Positions 8,361 to 17,734 are shown, counted from the stretch's first letter. The stretch: 64,000 nt of DNA from Vicinamibacterales bacterium (GCA_036278735.1 DASUKM010000028.1:66141-130140), one strand, 5' to 3'. Made by a program: numbers and translations. The notes: generated from the sequence alone by a model not told the origin.

Positions 8361-9380
8361 TCAGCACTCGAGCACGATCTTCCCGAACTGCCGGCGGGCT
8401 TCCAGACGGCGCTGCGCATCGGCTGCGTCCCGCAGCGGGACGACGGTGTCGACGACGGGGCGGAGCCGCCCCTCGAACAGCAGCGGCGCGGCGGCGCGGA
8501 GCTCCGCGAACGTCCCCATGTACGACCCCAGCAGCGACAACTGCCGCGCGAACAGATGACGCAGATCGACGTGCGCGTCTGGACCGCTCGTCGCGCCGCA
8601 CGTGACGAGACGGCCGCCGCTGGCGAGCGCACGGACGCTGCGCGCCCACGTCGCCTCCCCCACGTGCTCGACGACGATGTCGGCGCCGCGGCCGGAGGTC
8701 AGGGCCCGGGTCTCTCGCGCGAAGTCGCCGCTGTAGTGATCGAACACCGCTTCGGCCCCGAGCGCGCGCGTGCGATCGACTTTGTCGGGCCCCGAGGTGG
8801 CGAACACCCGCGCGCCGAAGTGCCGCGCCACCTGGATGGCGGCCTGTCCGACGCCGCTGCCGCCGGCCAGCACCAGCACGACGTCCCCGTCGTGGATCCG
8901 GGCCCGCGTCACGAGCATGTGCCACGCGGTCAGGAACGTCAGCGGAAAGGCGGCGGCCGTGACGAAATCGACGTGATCGGGAATCGGGAGGAGGTTTTCG
9001 ACGGGCACCGCGATCAGCTCGGCATAGCCGCCGTCGGAGAGGAGCCCGAGGACGTCGTAGCTGACGCACTCGTTGTCGCGCCCGTCGCGGCACGCGGCGC
9101 ATTCGCCGCACCGCAGGCCGGGCTGCAGCAATACGCGCGTCCCGGCCGGCAGTGGGCCGCCCGCGGCGTCGACCACCTCCCCGGCGATGTCGCTCCCGGA
9201 GATATGCGGCAGCGGAATCTGAACGCGGTCGATGCCCTGCCGCTCCCACAGGTCGAGATGATTCAGCGCGCAGGCGCGGATGCGAACGAGCGCGCGTCCC
9301 GGCCCCGGCCGTGGGTCGGGCGCCTCTTCATAACGAAGGACGCCGGGGCCGCCGTGTTCGTGGAAGCGGACGGCCTTCAT
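8361..9380 (-). CDS. zinc-type alcohol dehydrogenase / quinone oxidoreductase (MDR superfamily)
   Basis: MKAVRFHEHGGPGVLRYEE, structural-Zn Cys cluster GLRCGECAACRDGRDNEC, Rossmann LAGGSGVGQAAIQ. Confidence 0.9.
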   Translation of the reverse strand: MKAVRFHEHGGPGVLRYEEAPDPRPGPGRALVRIRACALNHLDLWERQGIDRVQIPLPHISGSDIAGEVVDAAGGPLPAGTRVLLQPGLRCGECAACRDGRDNECVSYDVLGLLSDGGYAELIAVPVENLLPIPDHVDFVTAAAFPLTFLTAWHMLVTRARIHDGDVVLVLAGGSGVGQAAIQVARHFGARVFATSGPDKVDRTRALGAEAVFDHYSGDFARETRALTSGRGADIVVEHVGEATWARSVRALASGGRLVTCGATSGPDAHVDLRHLFARQLSLLGSYMGTFAELRAAAPLLFEGRLRPVVDTVVPLRDAADAQRRLEARRQFGKIVLEC

Positions 9381-9390
9381 CCCGCGATCT

Positions 9391-10761
9391 TCAGCCGACG
9401 GCCACGTCGGCGGCGTCTCCCATGTCGAGCGACGCGAGCGACGGGGCCAGTCGATCGCGGTCGCCGACGATCACCGTCAGGAGGCGCGGCGGATCGAGGT
9501 GGGCCGCGGCGGCGCGGGTGACCTGCGCCTCGTCGAGCGCGAGCACCATGGGAACGAACCGGCTGAAGTAGTCGTCCGGCAGCCCGTACAACGCGAGCTG
9601 CGCGGCCGCGCGGGCGATCTGGTCGGCGGTCTCGAAGCTGCGCGGGTAGCCGCGCGTGAGCGCCGCGCGCCCCAGCTCCAGCTCCTGGCGGGTGACGGGG
9701 CGCTCGCCGCGGATGGCGCGCAGCTCCGCCAGCGTCTCGCGCACGGCATCGGTCGTCGCGTCCGATTGCACCGACGCCTGAAAGACGAATGGGCCGGGGG
9801 CGCGGCGGAACTCGAACGCGGTGCGCGCGCCATAGGTGTAGCCCTTTTCCTCGCGCAGCTTCAGGTTCAGGCGGCTGATGAACTGTCCGCCCAGCACCAT
9901 GTTGACGACCAGCAGCGCATGGTAGTCGGGCGTCTCGCGCGACACGGCCACCTGTCCGATCCGCAGCTCCGATTGTGCGGCCCCGGGCCGGTGCACCAGC
10001 GCGAGACGGCTCGCCACGGCCGGCGGCGGCGCGGCGGCGACCGGATCGATCGGCGGCGGCGCGTCGGCAGAGGGCGTCCAGCCGCCGAACGCGCGCGCGG
10101 CGGCCTCCGCCAGCACGTCGTGCGTGGCGTCGCCGACCAGCACGATCGTCATGCGTGCCGGATCGAACGCGGAGCGATGGAACGCCGCCAGCTCGCGCAC
10201 CGTCATCGCACGGAGCGCCCCCTCGCTGCCGAGCGGCAGGTGGCCGTACGGATGATTGCGGAACAGCAGGTGCGTGAAGGCGCGATCCGCCTGCGCCGGC
10301 GGCATGTCGCGCAACTGGAGCAGCCGGTTCAGCCGCAGGTCGCGCACGCGATCGAACTCGCGCTGCTCGAGCCGGGGATGCATCAGCATGTCGGCGACGA
10401 GATCCAGGCCCGGCTGCAGGAATCGCTCGAGCGTGGTCAGGCTGACGAGCGTCGCGTCGTGGCCGACGTCGGTGTCGAGCTGGGCGCCCATGCGGCCGAG
10501 CGCCTCGTACACGTCGAGCGCGGAGCGATCGCCCGAGCCCTCGTCGAGCATGTCGGCGGCGATGGCCGCGAGGCCCGGACGATCCGGCGGGTCGGCGGAC
10601 GCCCCGACCGGCAGCAGGCAGAGCACGCTGACGAGCGGGACCTGACGGTGCTCGACCGTCCAGACACGCACGCCGTTCGGCAGCCGGCGGCGGCGGATCT
10701 CCGGGAACACAAAGGGATGGTCGGGTCCCGGCTCCGGGAGGCGGGTGCGATCCGCCGGCAT
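9391..10761 (-). CDS. M16 (pitrilysin) family peptidase, non-catalytic-type subunit (no HxxEH)
   Basis: M16 N- and C-domain-like sequence (LPNGVRVWTVEH..., GYTYGARTAFE). ATG 10761 overlaps the upstream stop (TGATG). The 791-aa track ORF is an alternate-frame extension through the upstream gene. Confidence 0.85.
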   Translation of the reverse strand: MPADRTRLPEPGPDHPFVFPEIRRRRLPNGVRVWTVEHRQVPLVSVLCLLPVGASADPPDRPGLAAIAADMLDEGSGDRSALDVYEALGRMGAQLDTDVGHDATLVSLTTLERFLQPGLDLVADMLMHPRLEQREFDRVRDLRLNRLLQLRDMPPAQADRAFTHLLFRNHPYGHLPLGSEGALRAMTVRELAAFHRSAFDPARMTIVLVGDATHDVLAEAAARAFGGWTPSADAPPPIDPVAAAPPPAVASRLALVHRPGAAQSELRIGQVAVSRETPDYHALLVVNMVLGGQFISRLNLKLREEKGYTYGARTAFEFRRAPGPFVFQASVQSDATTDAVRETLAELRAIRGERPVTRQELELGRAALTRGYPRSFETADQIARAAAQLALYGLPDDYFSRFVPMVLALDEAQVTRAAAAHLDPPRLLTVIVGDRDRLAPSLASLDMGDAADVAVG

Positions 10762-12068
10762 CAGGAGACCGCCACCGGCTGGGATCCGGGCAGCGCCAGC
10801 GCCAGGCGGCCGCGCGGCACGACGCTGAGGACGGCGCGCGCGCTGCGCAGGTACCGCCCCGCCATCTGCTGCAGCGCGCCGGCGGTGGCGTTCCGGTAGC
10901 GCGCCAGGTCGCGCTCGAAGTACGCCGGATCGTTGCGGAACACGTTGTACGCGTTGAGCTGGTCCGACTTGCCGCCGAATCCGCCGACGGTCTGGAGCCG
11001 GTAGATGAAATGCGCTTCGGCCTGCGCGAGGCAGCGCTCCATCTCCGTTTCGGTCGGTCCTTTGTCGACGAGCGTCGCGATTTCGCGCGTGATGGCGCGC
11101 TCGAGCTCCGCGAGCGTACGCCCCGGCGCGGCCGTCGCGACGACTTGAAAGAAGCTCCCCAGCTCGCGCGAGTTCTGCGAGGCGGCCACTTCCGTCGCGA
11201 GCCGCTGATCGTAGACGAGCGCGCGATACAAGCGCGACGTCTTGCCGCTGGCCAGCAGCTCCGCTACGAGATCCAGCTCGGCGTCGCCGCCGGCGAACAG
11301 CGCCGGCGAGTGCCACGCCAGGTACAGCCGCGGCAGCTCCACGCGATCCTCGAGCAGCATCCGGATTTCCGACGCGAGCGGCGGCGGCGGCGCCGCGTCG
11401 ACCGGGGGCGGCGGCTCGCCCGATTCGATCTCGCCGAAATACTGCTCCGCCAGCGCGATCGCGCGCGCCGTGTCGACGTCGCCCGCCAGCGCCAGCGACG
11501 CGTTGCGCGGCCGATAGTACGTCTGGAAGAACGCCTTCACCTGCTCCAGCCGCGCGGCGTGCAGATCCGCGGCCTCGCCGATCGTGAGCCAGTGATACGG
11601 GTGGTCCGGCGGAAACAGCGCCGACACGATCGCCATCCCGGCGAGCCCGTACGGCCGGTTCTCGTAGTTCTGCCGGCGCTCGTTGAGCACGACGTCCCGC
11701 TGATTCTCGAACTTCGCCGTCGTGAGGGCCGGCAGCAGATAGCCCATCCGATCGGATTCCATCCACAGCGCCAGCTCAAGCGCCGAGGTCGGCGCCACTT
11801 CCCAGTAGTTGGTCCGATCGGCGTTCGTGGACCCGTTCAGCGACGCGCCCGCCTCCTGCAGCGGATGGAAATAGCCGCGGTCGTAGTGCTGCGAGCCTTC
11901 GAACATGAGGTGCTCGAACAGGTGCGCGAAACCGGTGCGGCCGGGGCGCTCGTTCTTCGAGCCGACGTGATACCAGACGCTCACCGCCACGATCGGGCAG
12001 CCGTGATCTTCGTGGACGAGCACGTCGAGGCCGTTCCCGAGCGTGTGTTTGGTGAACGGGATGTTCAT
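10761..12068 (-). CDS. M16 family zinc peptidase, catalytic-type subunit
   Basis: GFAHLFEHLMFEGS carries the inverted zincin HxxEH motif, followed by a downstream Glu region (NGSTNADRTNYWE). Confidence 0.9.
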   Translation of the reverse strand: MNIPFTKHTLGNGLDVLVHEDHGCPIVAVSVWYHVGSKNERPGRTGFAHLFEHLMFEGSQHYDRGYFHPLQEAGASLNGSTNADRTNYWEVAPTSALELALWMESDRMGYLLPALTTAKFENQRDVVLNERRQNYENRPYGLAGMAIVSALFPPDHPYHWLTIGEAADLHAARLEQVKAFFQTYYRPRNASLALAGDVDTARAIALAEQYFGEIESGEPPPPVDAAPPPPLASEIRMLLEDRVELPRLYLAWHSPALFAGGDAELDLVAELLASGKTSRLYRALVYDQRLATEVAASQNSRELGSFFQVVATAAPGRTLAELERAITREIATLVDKGPTETEMERCLAQAEAHFIYRLQTVGGFGGKSDQLNAYNVFRNDPAYFERDLARYRNATAGALQQMAGRYLRSARAVLSVVPRGRLALALPGSQPVAVS

Positions 12069-12113
12069 GGGTACAGTTGCATCCTACCGCAATCGCACAG
12101 ATCGCCCATACCC

Positions 12114-13277
12114 ATGCCGCGCCGCATGCTGCTGCTCGTCGCCGCCGGTGAGTTCCTCGGGATGACCCTGTGGTTTTCCGCCACGGCGGCCTCCCCGGCC
12201 ATCGCGCGCGAATTCGCCCTCGGCGGCGCGGCGCGCGCGTGGCTGACGATGGCCGTGCAGGCAGGGTTCGTCGTCGGGACGCTCGTGACGGCGACGTCGA
12301 ACCTCGCCGACGCGATCAACCCCCGGCGCCTATTCGCGATCGGCGCGGCCGCCGGCGCGGTGATGAACGCCTCAATCGTGATCGCCGGCAGCGCCGGTGC
12401 GGTGATCGCGCTGCGTTTCGCCACCGGCGTTGCCCTCGCGTGGGTCTATCCGCCGGGCCTCAAGATCGCCGCCGGCTGGTTCCGCGAACGCCGCGGCACC
12501 GCGCTCGGCATCGTCGTCGGGGCCCTGACCGTCGGGTCGGCGTTCCCGCACCTGCTCAACTGGCTGGCCGCCGCCGCGCCGTGGCGCGTGCTCGTGCTCA
12601 CGTCGTCCGGGCTCGCGGTCGCCGGCGCCGTGCTGGTCGGCGTCTGGGTGCAGGACGGCCCGTACGTGAGCGCGTCGGCCCCGTTCGATCCGCGCGCGGC
12701 CGCCGCCGTCCTTCACATCCGCGGCGTACGGCTGGCGATTCTCGGATACCTGGGCCACATGTGGGAGCTGTATGCGATGTGGACGTGGATCGCCACCTTC
12801 GCCGCAGCCTCGCTCGGCGCGGCGTCGGCCGGCTCGATGGTCGCCTTCATCGCCATCGCGTCCGGTTCGGCCGGATGCATCGCCGCCGGTTTCTGGGCGG
12901 ACGCGTGGGGACGGCCGCTGGTGGCCGGCGTCGCGATGCTCGTGAGCGCCGCCTGCGCGCTCGCCTCGCCGGCGCTGTTCGGCGCACCCGCCGCCGTGCT
13001 GCTCGCGATCGCCGTCCTCTGGGGGTTCAGCATCGTCGCGGACTCGGCGCAGTTTTCCGCGATGGTGGCGGAGCACAGCCCGCGCACGCAGGTCGGGACG
13101 GCGCTCACCCTGCAGACCAGCGCAGGGTTCCTGCTGACGATGGCGAGCATGCGGCTCGTGCCCGCCGTCAGCGCGGCGACCACCTGGCGATGGGCGTTCG
13201 TCGTGCTGGTTCCAGGGCCGCTGCTGGGCGCCTGGGCCATGAAGAGGCTGAGCGCAGCGCCGGTCCGTCAGGGCTGA
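12114..13277 (+). CDS. MFS transporter
   Basis: About 12 hydrophobic segments and an MFS-like loop GWFRERRGTALGI. ATG 12114, in frame within the 755-aa track ORF whose N-terminal 368 aa are antisense of the M16 gene. Confidence 0.8.
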   Translation: MPRRMLLLVAAGEFLGMTLWFSATAASPAIAREFALGGAARAWLTMAVQAGFVVGTLVTATSNLADAINPRRLFAIGAAAGAVMNASIVIAGSAGAVIALRFATGVALAWVYPPGLKIAAGWFRERRGTALGIVVGALTVGSAFPHLLNWLAAAAPWRVLVLTSSGLAVAGAVLVGVWVQDGPYVSASAPFDPRAAAAVLHIRGVRLAILGYLGHMWELYAMWTWIATFAAASLGAASAGSMVAFIAIASGSAGCIAAGFWADAWGRPLVAGVAMLVSAACALASPALFGAPAAVLLAIAVLWGFSIVADSAQFSAMVAEHSPRTQVGTALTLQTSAGFLLTMASMRLVPAVSAATTWRWAFVVLVPGPLLGAWAMKRLSAAPVRQG

Positions 13278-13304
13278 AGCCCTGATCCAGACGTGGTTGG
13301 GGGA

Positions 13305-14384
13305 TCAGCGGACCTGCACGAGCGGAATCGCGGTCTTCTTGTAGCTGGCGATCGAAATCTGCGCCGCCAGCCGTTCCGCGGCGGTACGGAAGGCCTGGGC
13401 GGGGGCCGACGCCGGCTCGCCGATCAGAATCGGAATGCCCGTGTCGCCGCCAATCCGGATCGGCTGATAGATCGGCACGCGGCCGAGAAACGGCACGCTC
13501 AATTCTTCAGCCATGCGCTCACCGCCCCCGCGGCCGAAGATGTCGCTTTCGGTGCGGCACGTCGGGCACACGAAATAACTCATGTTCTCCACGAGGCCGA
13601 TTGGCGGCACGTTCAGTTTCTGGTACATCCGCACCGCGCGGCGCGTGTCGGCCAGCGACACGGTCTGCGGCGTCGTAACGACGACCGCGCCGGCAACCGG
13701 GACCGTCTGGCTCAACGTCAGCGCCACGTCGCCCGTGCCCGGCGGCATGTCGACGATCAGGTAATCCACGTCCTGCCAGGCCACTTCGCGGAAGAACTGC
13801 TGCACGACGCCGTGCAGCATGGGACCCCGCCAGATGACGGCGGAGTCGTCCTGCGTCAGAAACGCCATCGAGACGAGCTGAATCCCATATTGCTCGGCGG
13901 GGACGATCTTCTTGCCGTCGGTCGTGAGCTGCGTCTGGATGCCCAGCATGATGGGCACGTTCGGGCCGTAGATGTCGGCGTCGATCATCGCAACGCGGCT
14001 GCCCATCTGGCTCAAGGCAATCGCCAGGTTCACCGCGACAGTCGTCTTGCCGACCCCTCCCTTCCCCGCGCCCACGGCAATGATGTTGCGCACTCCGGGG
14101 ACCGGCGCCTTGCTCATGTCGCCGGTGACGGCGGACCGCACCTGCGCCGTCATGTGGATGTCGACGTCGGTCACGCCGGCGATCTGCGCGACGGCCGCGC
14201 GCGCCTGCTCGCGCATCTGATCCTTCACCGGACAGGCGGGGGTCGTCAGCTCGATCGTAAAGGCGACGCGGCCGGCGTCGATCGTCAGGTTCTTCACGAA
14301 TTTCAGCGTGACGATGTCGCGGTGGAGGTCGGGGTCGCGAACGGACTTCAGGGCATCGAGGACCGCGGCTTCTGTGACGGGCAT
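13305..14384 (-). CDS. apbC: Mrp/ApbC/NBP35-family Fe-S cluster carrier ATPase
   Basis: N-terminal DUF59-like segment (VLDALKSVRDPDLHRDIVTL), deviant Walker A GKGGVGKT, family CxxC (FVCPTC). ATG 14384. Confidence 0.9.
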   Translation of the reverse strand: MPVTEAAVLDALKSVRDPDLHRDIVTLKFVKNLTIDAGRVAFTIELTTPACPVKDQMREQARAAVAQIAGVTDVDIHMTAQVRSAVTGDMSKAPVPGVRNIIAVGAGKGGVGKTTVAVNLAIALSQMGSRVAMIDADIYGPNVPIMLGIQTQLTTDGKKIVPAEQYGIQLVSMAFLTQDDSAVIWRGPMLHGVVQQFFREVAWQDVDYLIVDMPPGTGDVALTLSQTVPVAGAVVVTTPQTVSLADTRRAVRMYQKLNVPPIGLVENMSYFVCPTCRTESDIFGRGGGERMAEELSVPFLGRVPIYQPIRIGGDTGIPILIGEPASAPAQAFRTAAERLAAQISIASYKKTAIPLVQVR

Positions 14385-14410
14385 ACCGGTATTGTACTCG
14401 TGACGGAATG

Positions 14411-14540
14411 CGGGTTCAGGGTTGCCGGGTTCGGGGTTCAGGGTTGGGTTCGAGGTTCGGGGAGGCAGCTCCCCGGCCGAACACAGAACCAGCCCCGGAC
14501 CCCGAACCACCCCGGAACCCCGAACCCGGAACCCCGAACG
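14411..14540. repeat. inverted arrays of heptad repeats (GGGTTCR / GAACCCY) forming a long imperfect hairpin
   Basis: The left arm 14411-14462 is built of gggttca/gggttgc/gggttcg units. The right arm 14471-14540 is built of gaacccc/gaacccg units. A perfect 15-nt inverted repeat pairs 14425-14439 (ccgggttcggggttc) with 14515-14529. Lies between the DUF4870 gene stop and the apbC start. Confidence 0.85.
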
Positions 14541-14553
14541 ACACCGAAGCCCC

Positions 14554-14898
14554 TCAGATCCGCTCGGCCGCGATTCGTCCGATGACCGGCAAGCGGAACT
14601 CCTCGCCCCGATACGCCTCGAACATCAGCAGCAGCCACAGCACCGCCGAGACCGGGATCACGAGAAAGATCACGACGAGCGCGCCGAGGATGGGGACGAC
14701 GTTGATGACGATGTCGATCCCGACGAGGCCGAGAAACAGAATCGTCGACTGCATCGCATGAAACCGGACGAAGCGATCGTCTTTCTCGGCGACGAGAAAA
14801 ATGATCCCGGTGACGAAGCCGAGGAAATAGCTGAGCGCCGCCGCAACATTGGCGTCCAGACCCGTGGAGGTCTTCCGCCCGGTGGCGCCGTTCGGCAT
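14554..14898 (-). CDS. DUF4870-like small membrane protein
   Basis: LSYFLGFVTGIIFLVAEKDDRFVRFHAMQS matches my recollection of the DUF4870 signature. Three TM segments. Confidence 0.65.
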   Translation of the reverse strand: MPNGATGRKTSTGLDANVAAALSYFLGFVTGIIFLVAEKDDRFVRFHAMQSTILFLGLVGIDIVINVVPILGALVVIFLVIPVSAVLWLLLMFEAYRGEEFRLPVIGRIAAERI

Positions 14899-14899
14899 G

Positions 14900-15280
14900 T
14901 CAGGCCTGCAGCGCGGGCTCGAACAGCTCGCGCGTCTCGTTGTGCAGCAGGACCCACAACGTGTACACGGCCAGCGCCGTGCCGAAGGGCAGGATGAACA
15001 GGTTCAACACGGCCAGGGCCAGGAGCGCGAGACGCCCGGGTGCGTGGTGCTGCCGCAGCGCCCGCCCCGCCCAGAGGTTCGCCCAGCCGCCCGCCGCCAG
15101 CGCGACCGCGCAGACGACGAACACAACCGTCGTGAAGCCGGCGGCGAGCGCGTCCCCCGCCGTCGACCGGGCGATGGCCGCGGCCCCGCCGGCCAGCAAC
15201 AGCGCCGCGGCGCCAAGCAGGAGCGCCATCGCGCCCCAGGCGACGTGCAGGATACCGAGCAGGTTGACGTGAGATCGCAT
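14900..15280 (-). CDS. hypothetical membrane protein
   Basis: Four hydrophobic segments. The stop lies 1 nt before the DUF4870 gene start, so probably the same operon. ATG 15280. Confidence 0.55.
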   Translation of the reverse strand: MRSHVNLLGILHVAWGAMALLLGAAALLLAGGAAAIARSTAGDALAAGFTTVVFVVCAVALAAGGWANLWAGRALRQHHAPGRLALLALAVLNLFILPFGTALAVYTLWVLLHNETRELFEPALQA

Positions 15281-15308
15281 GAACACCGAGCCCGACGCGC
15301 GCCGGCTC

Positions 15309-15350
15309 CTGAATTCTGAATTCTGAATTCCGACTTCTGAATTCTGAATT
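15309..15350. repeat. tandem heptamer repeat CTGAATT x6 (one variant unit), five GAATTC palindromes
   Basis: ctgaatt ctgaatt ctgaatt ccgactt ctgaatt ctgaatt, read directly. The two halves can also pair as an imperfect hairpin. AT-rich in a GC-rich genome. Confidence 0.9.
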
Positions 15351-15361
15351 CTTCCCGGGAC

Positions 15362-15952
15362 TCAGCCGATGACGACGCGCGCGTCGACGAGCGTATCGGG
15401 AATGCCCGGCGCACGGAGCCGGAAGCGAACGTGCGTGCCGTCCTGGACACCCGCTGGCACGCGCAGGCGTACGTCGTGGCAGCCGGGGCGGTCGCCGGCG
15501 CCGCCGCAGCCGGCGCACCATTCGTCCCACACCTCGCCGCGCCCGCCGCAGTGCACGCACGTGCGGCGCACGGGCACGTGGAGCGCGACGGTGGTGCCCC
15601 AGAAGGCTTCCTGCGGCGTCAGCACCACATCCGCCGTGCAGTCGGCCGGGGGCAGATCGCCGAAAAACGCGTGACGCATGCGATCGAGGACGTTGCGGAC
15701 CGACGGAAAATCCACGGCGACGTCGTCGGCGAGCGCCAAATCGGCCGGCGCCGGCTGCGCGATCAGGCAGGCGTCGTAGGCGCGGCGCCGCTCGGCGTTG
15801 CACACGACCTCGCACGCGCGCACTTCCGCCCCGCCGCCGCGATCGTCCGAAATATCCGGATGATAGCGGTGGGTCAGCTGCCGGTACGCGCGCTGGATTT
15901 CGTCCGCGCCCGCGTCCGGCGCCACGCCGAGCACCTCGTAGTAATCACGCAT
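15362..15952 (-). CDS. DnaJ-domain protein with CxxCxGxG zinc finger
   Basis: J domain [31 protein letters not shown] (HPD) and [25 protein letters not shown] 15952. Confidence 0.8.
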   Translation of the reverse strand: MRDYYEVLGVAPDAGADEIQRAYRQLTHRYHPDISDDRGGGAEVRACEVVCNAERRRAYDACLIAQPAPADLALADDVAVDFPSVRNVLDRMRHAFFGDLPPADCTADVVLTPQEAFWGTTVALHVPVRRTCVHCGGRGEVWDEWCAGCGGAGDRPGCHDVRLRVPAGVQDGTHVRFRLRAPGIPDTLVDARVVIG

Positions 15953-16002
15953 CGGCTGCGCCCTCAGTACGATAGGAGCGCGGTATAGTGATGTCAACAC
16001 CT

Positions 16003-16161
16003 ATGGTCAAGGAATGCCCGCAGTGCGGCGAATCCATGCGCCTGGAAGTCCGCCAGGGGGCCACACGCCTCCCCGGCGGACAGACCAGCATCCGGACCGT
16101 CCGGGAATGGGTCTGTCCCGAATGCGACTACTTCGAGGAAGCCGAAAACGGCGAGGAATAG
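16003..16161 (+). CDS. small zinc-ribbon protein (52 aa)
   Basis: Own translation: MVKECPQCGESMRLEVRQGATRLPGGQTSIRTVREWVCPECDYFEEAENGEE* (CxxC...CxxC). Below the ORF-track length cutoff. Confidence 0.5.
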   Translation: MVKECPQCGESMRLEVRQGATRLPGGQTSIRTVREWVCPECDYFEEAENGEE

Positions 16162-16177
16162 GGGTGGAATCGAAGGG

Positions 16178-16399
16178 TCAACGGGCGCCAAGCTGCAGGA
16201 GGATTTCCTTCCGCACCGCTTCGTCGAAGTCGTCGAAATTGAGCGCGGTTTCGCACTCGTCGCACAGGACTTCGATCACGGCCGGGCGGCCTTCTTCGTT
16301 CACTTCCACCCGTGCGTCCTCGAGATGGACGACGTGCATCTGCAGGGTCTTGACCAGGAAATCCCGGTCGTTCCCGCAGCTCGGACAGGTCAACGGCAT
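16178..16399 (-). CDS. small Cys-pair protein (73 aa), hypothetical
   Basis: MPLTCPSCGNDRDF...VLCDECETAL (CxxC...CxxC). GAGGAG lies 9 nt upstream of the ATG. Confidence 0.55.
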   Translation of the reverse strand: MPLTCPSCGNDRDFLVKTLQMHVVHLEDARVEVNEEGRPAVIEVLCDECETALNFDDFDEAVRKEILLQLGAR

Positions 16400-16535
16400 C
16401 GAACGGCGCTCCTCACGGCCCCATGGGGCCCGTTAAACTTTCGAATTGTACGGAATGGCTTAGTCATACGCAATCAAGATCTTCAGGCGCCATTCCGGTG
16501 GCTGCGGATCTCGTGCATCGCCGCGTGAGGCAGGA

Positions 16536-16709
16536 ATGACGACACGCGACATCCGCAGCGAACCCCGGGGCTTTCACTGGGTCGCGTGGATCCCCGACGC
16601 CAACGGCAAACCAGAAGGATCAGTCGTGCTGGTGGGGGCGACGCGCGCCGACGCCGAGCGGCGCGCGCGGGAGTGGGCGGACGAGACGGCGCGGCGCGCC
16701 GGGCCCTGA
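16536..16709 (+). CDS. small hypothetical protein (57 aa)
   Basis: Own translation MTTRDIRSEPRGFHWVAWIPDANGKPEGSVVLVGATRADAERRAREWADETARRAGP*. GAGG upstream. Non-repetitive composition. Confidence 0.4.
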   Translation: MTTRDIRSEPRGFHWVAWIPDANGKPEGSVVLVGATRADAERRAREWADETARRAGP

Positions 16710-16713
16710 CCGT

Positions 16714-16956
16714 CTACTCGTCAGACTCCTCGTCCTCGAATTCCGAGGGATCGCCGAGGCGCAAAATCTGACCGGTCACGTGACCCGCCAGGATGCAATG
16801 CGGCCCTTTGGCCTCGAGCGAGACGACGGCGACGTCCCAGGGGCGCGCGCGATATGCCGCCGCCACGCACCCGCACGGCAGTCCTTCGAGCGCTTCGAGC
16901 TCGAAAATCGTGCCCTTCGGCCTTCCGGTGCTGAGCGATCCCGCTGGGACTGGCAT
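16714..16956 (-). CDS. small hypothetical protein with acidic C-terminus
   Basis: MPVPAGSLSTGRPKGTIFELEALEGLPCGCVAAAY...EFEDEESDE. GGAGG lies 6 nt upstream of ATG 16956. Confidence 0.45.
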   Translation of the reverse strand: MPVPAGSLSTGRPKGTIFELEALEGLPCGCVAAAYRARPWDVAVVSLEAKGPHCILAGHVTGQILRLGDPSEFEDEESDE

Positions 16957-17188
16957 ACCGCACCTCCGTCGCTGGCCTGCAAATGCAATCCCGACGCCAG
17001 CTACAGGGTTAGACAGAGGCCGATCGATTTTGGTTCCGACAAAGGCCGCAACCCGCCTGAATCCAGTCACTTTGCGCCAGTCTCACAGGCCGATGACCGC
17101 CAGGCCGGGCTGACCCCTGCCGCGGACACCAGCCACGGCCCTCACGGGACGGCACGAACATACGGAGGGCGTCCCCCGGGCCTGCAGG

Positions 17189-17734
17189 CTACAACAGCCC
17201 CGGGTACGTGACCCCGCCGCGCTCTACCCGCGCGAACTCGCTCAGACGATGGGGTTTAGCCTCGGCGGCCGAGAGGATGTGGCAGACCGGCACACCGCGC
17301 GCGAGAAGTGCATCCGCCAGCAACTGGCGGTGACACTGCCACCAGACCGCTTCCGCGCACATCACCGCCGCCGGGGCGTGGCCGGCAAAGGCCAGAAAGT
17401 CGTCGACCCCACGCGCGAACGCGGGCGTCTGCATGTAGTCGGCATAGCCGCGAAAGCTCGGATGCCGCCAGCCGGTATTGATCGAATCGGCGCGCGGCGT
17501 GCGCCGGCCACCCAGGGCGGGGAAATGGCGGTACTGGATCCCATTCGTCGCCAGAAACGCGGACAACGACTCCCGGCCGAAGTGCGGGTGGCGCCGCGAG
17601 CCCGGGAACGTCCGGATGTCGGCGAGCCGCTCGACGCCGTGCGCCCGCAGGAGCGCCAGAAACTCGTCCTGCGTCCGCGTCGAGTGCCCGATGGTGAACA
17701 CGCGGCACGCCGGGGGCGGCGTGGCGGGCGTCAT
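17189..17734 (-). CDS. DUF488 family protein
   Basis: FTIGHSTRTQDEFLALLRAHGVERLADIRTFPGSRRHPHF...GIQYRHFPALGG is the DUF488 pattern as I recall it. The ATG overlaps the addA-like stop (ATGA). Confidence 0.8.
   Translation of the reverse strand: MTPATPPPACRVFTIGHSTRTQDEFLALLRAHGVERLADIRTFPGSRRHPHFGRESLSAFLATNGIQYRHFPALGGRRTPRADSINTGWRHPSFRGYADYMQTPAFARGVDDFLAFAGHAPAAVMCAEAVWWQCHRQLLADALLARGVPVCHILSAAEAKPHRLSEFARVERGGVTYPGLL

Noticed and set aside
9391-11766. 791-aa reading of the M16 gene, and similar long N-terminal extensions (1291..2709, 13305..14510, 23902..25863, 44923..48126, 51459..52904, 56013..57227, 11010..13277, 48508..51471, 58959..61091)
   Set aside because: The extensions run through neighbouring genes in another frame and are Arg/Gly/Pro-rich. 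Internal starts with SD sequences or stop/start overlaps give products of the normal family length.
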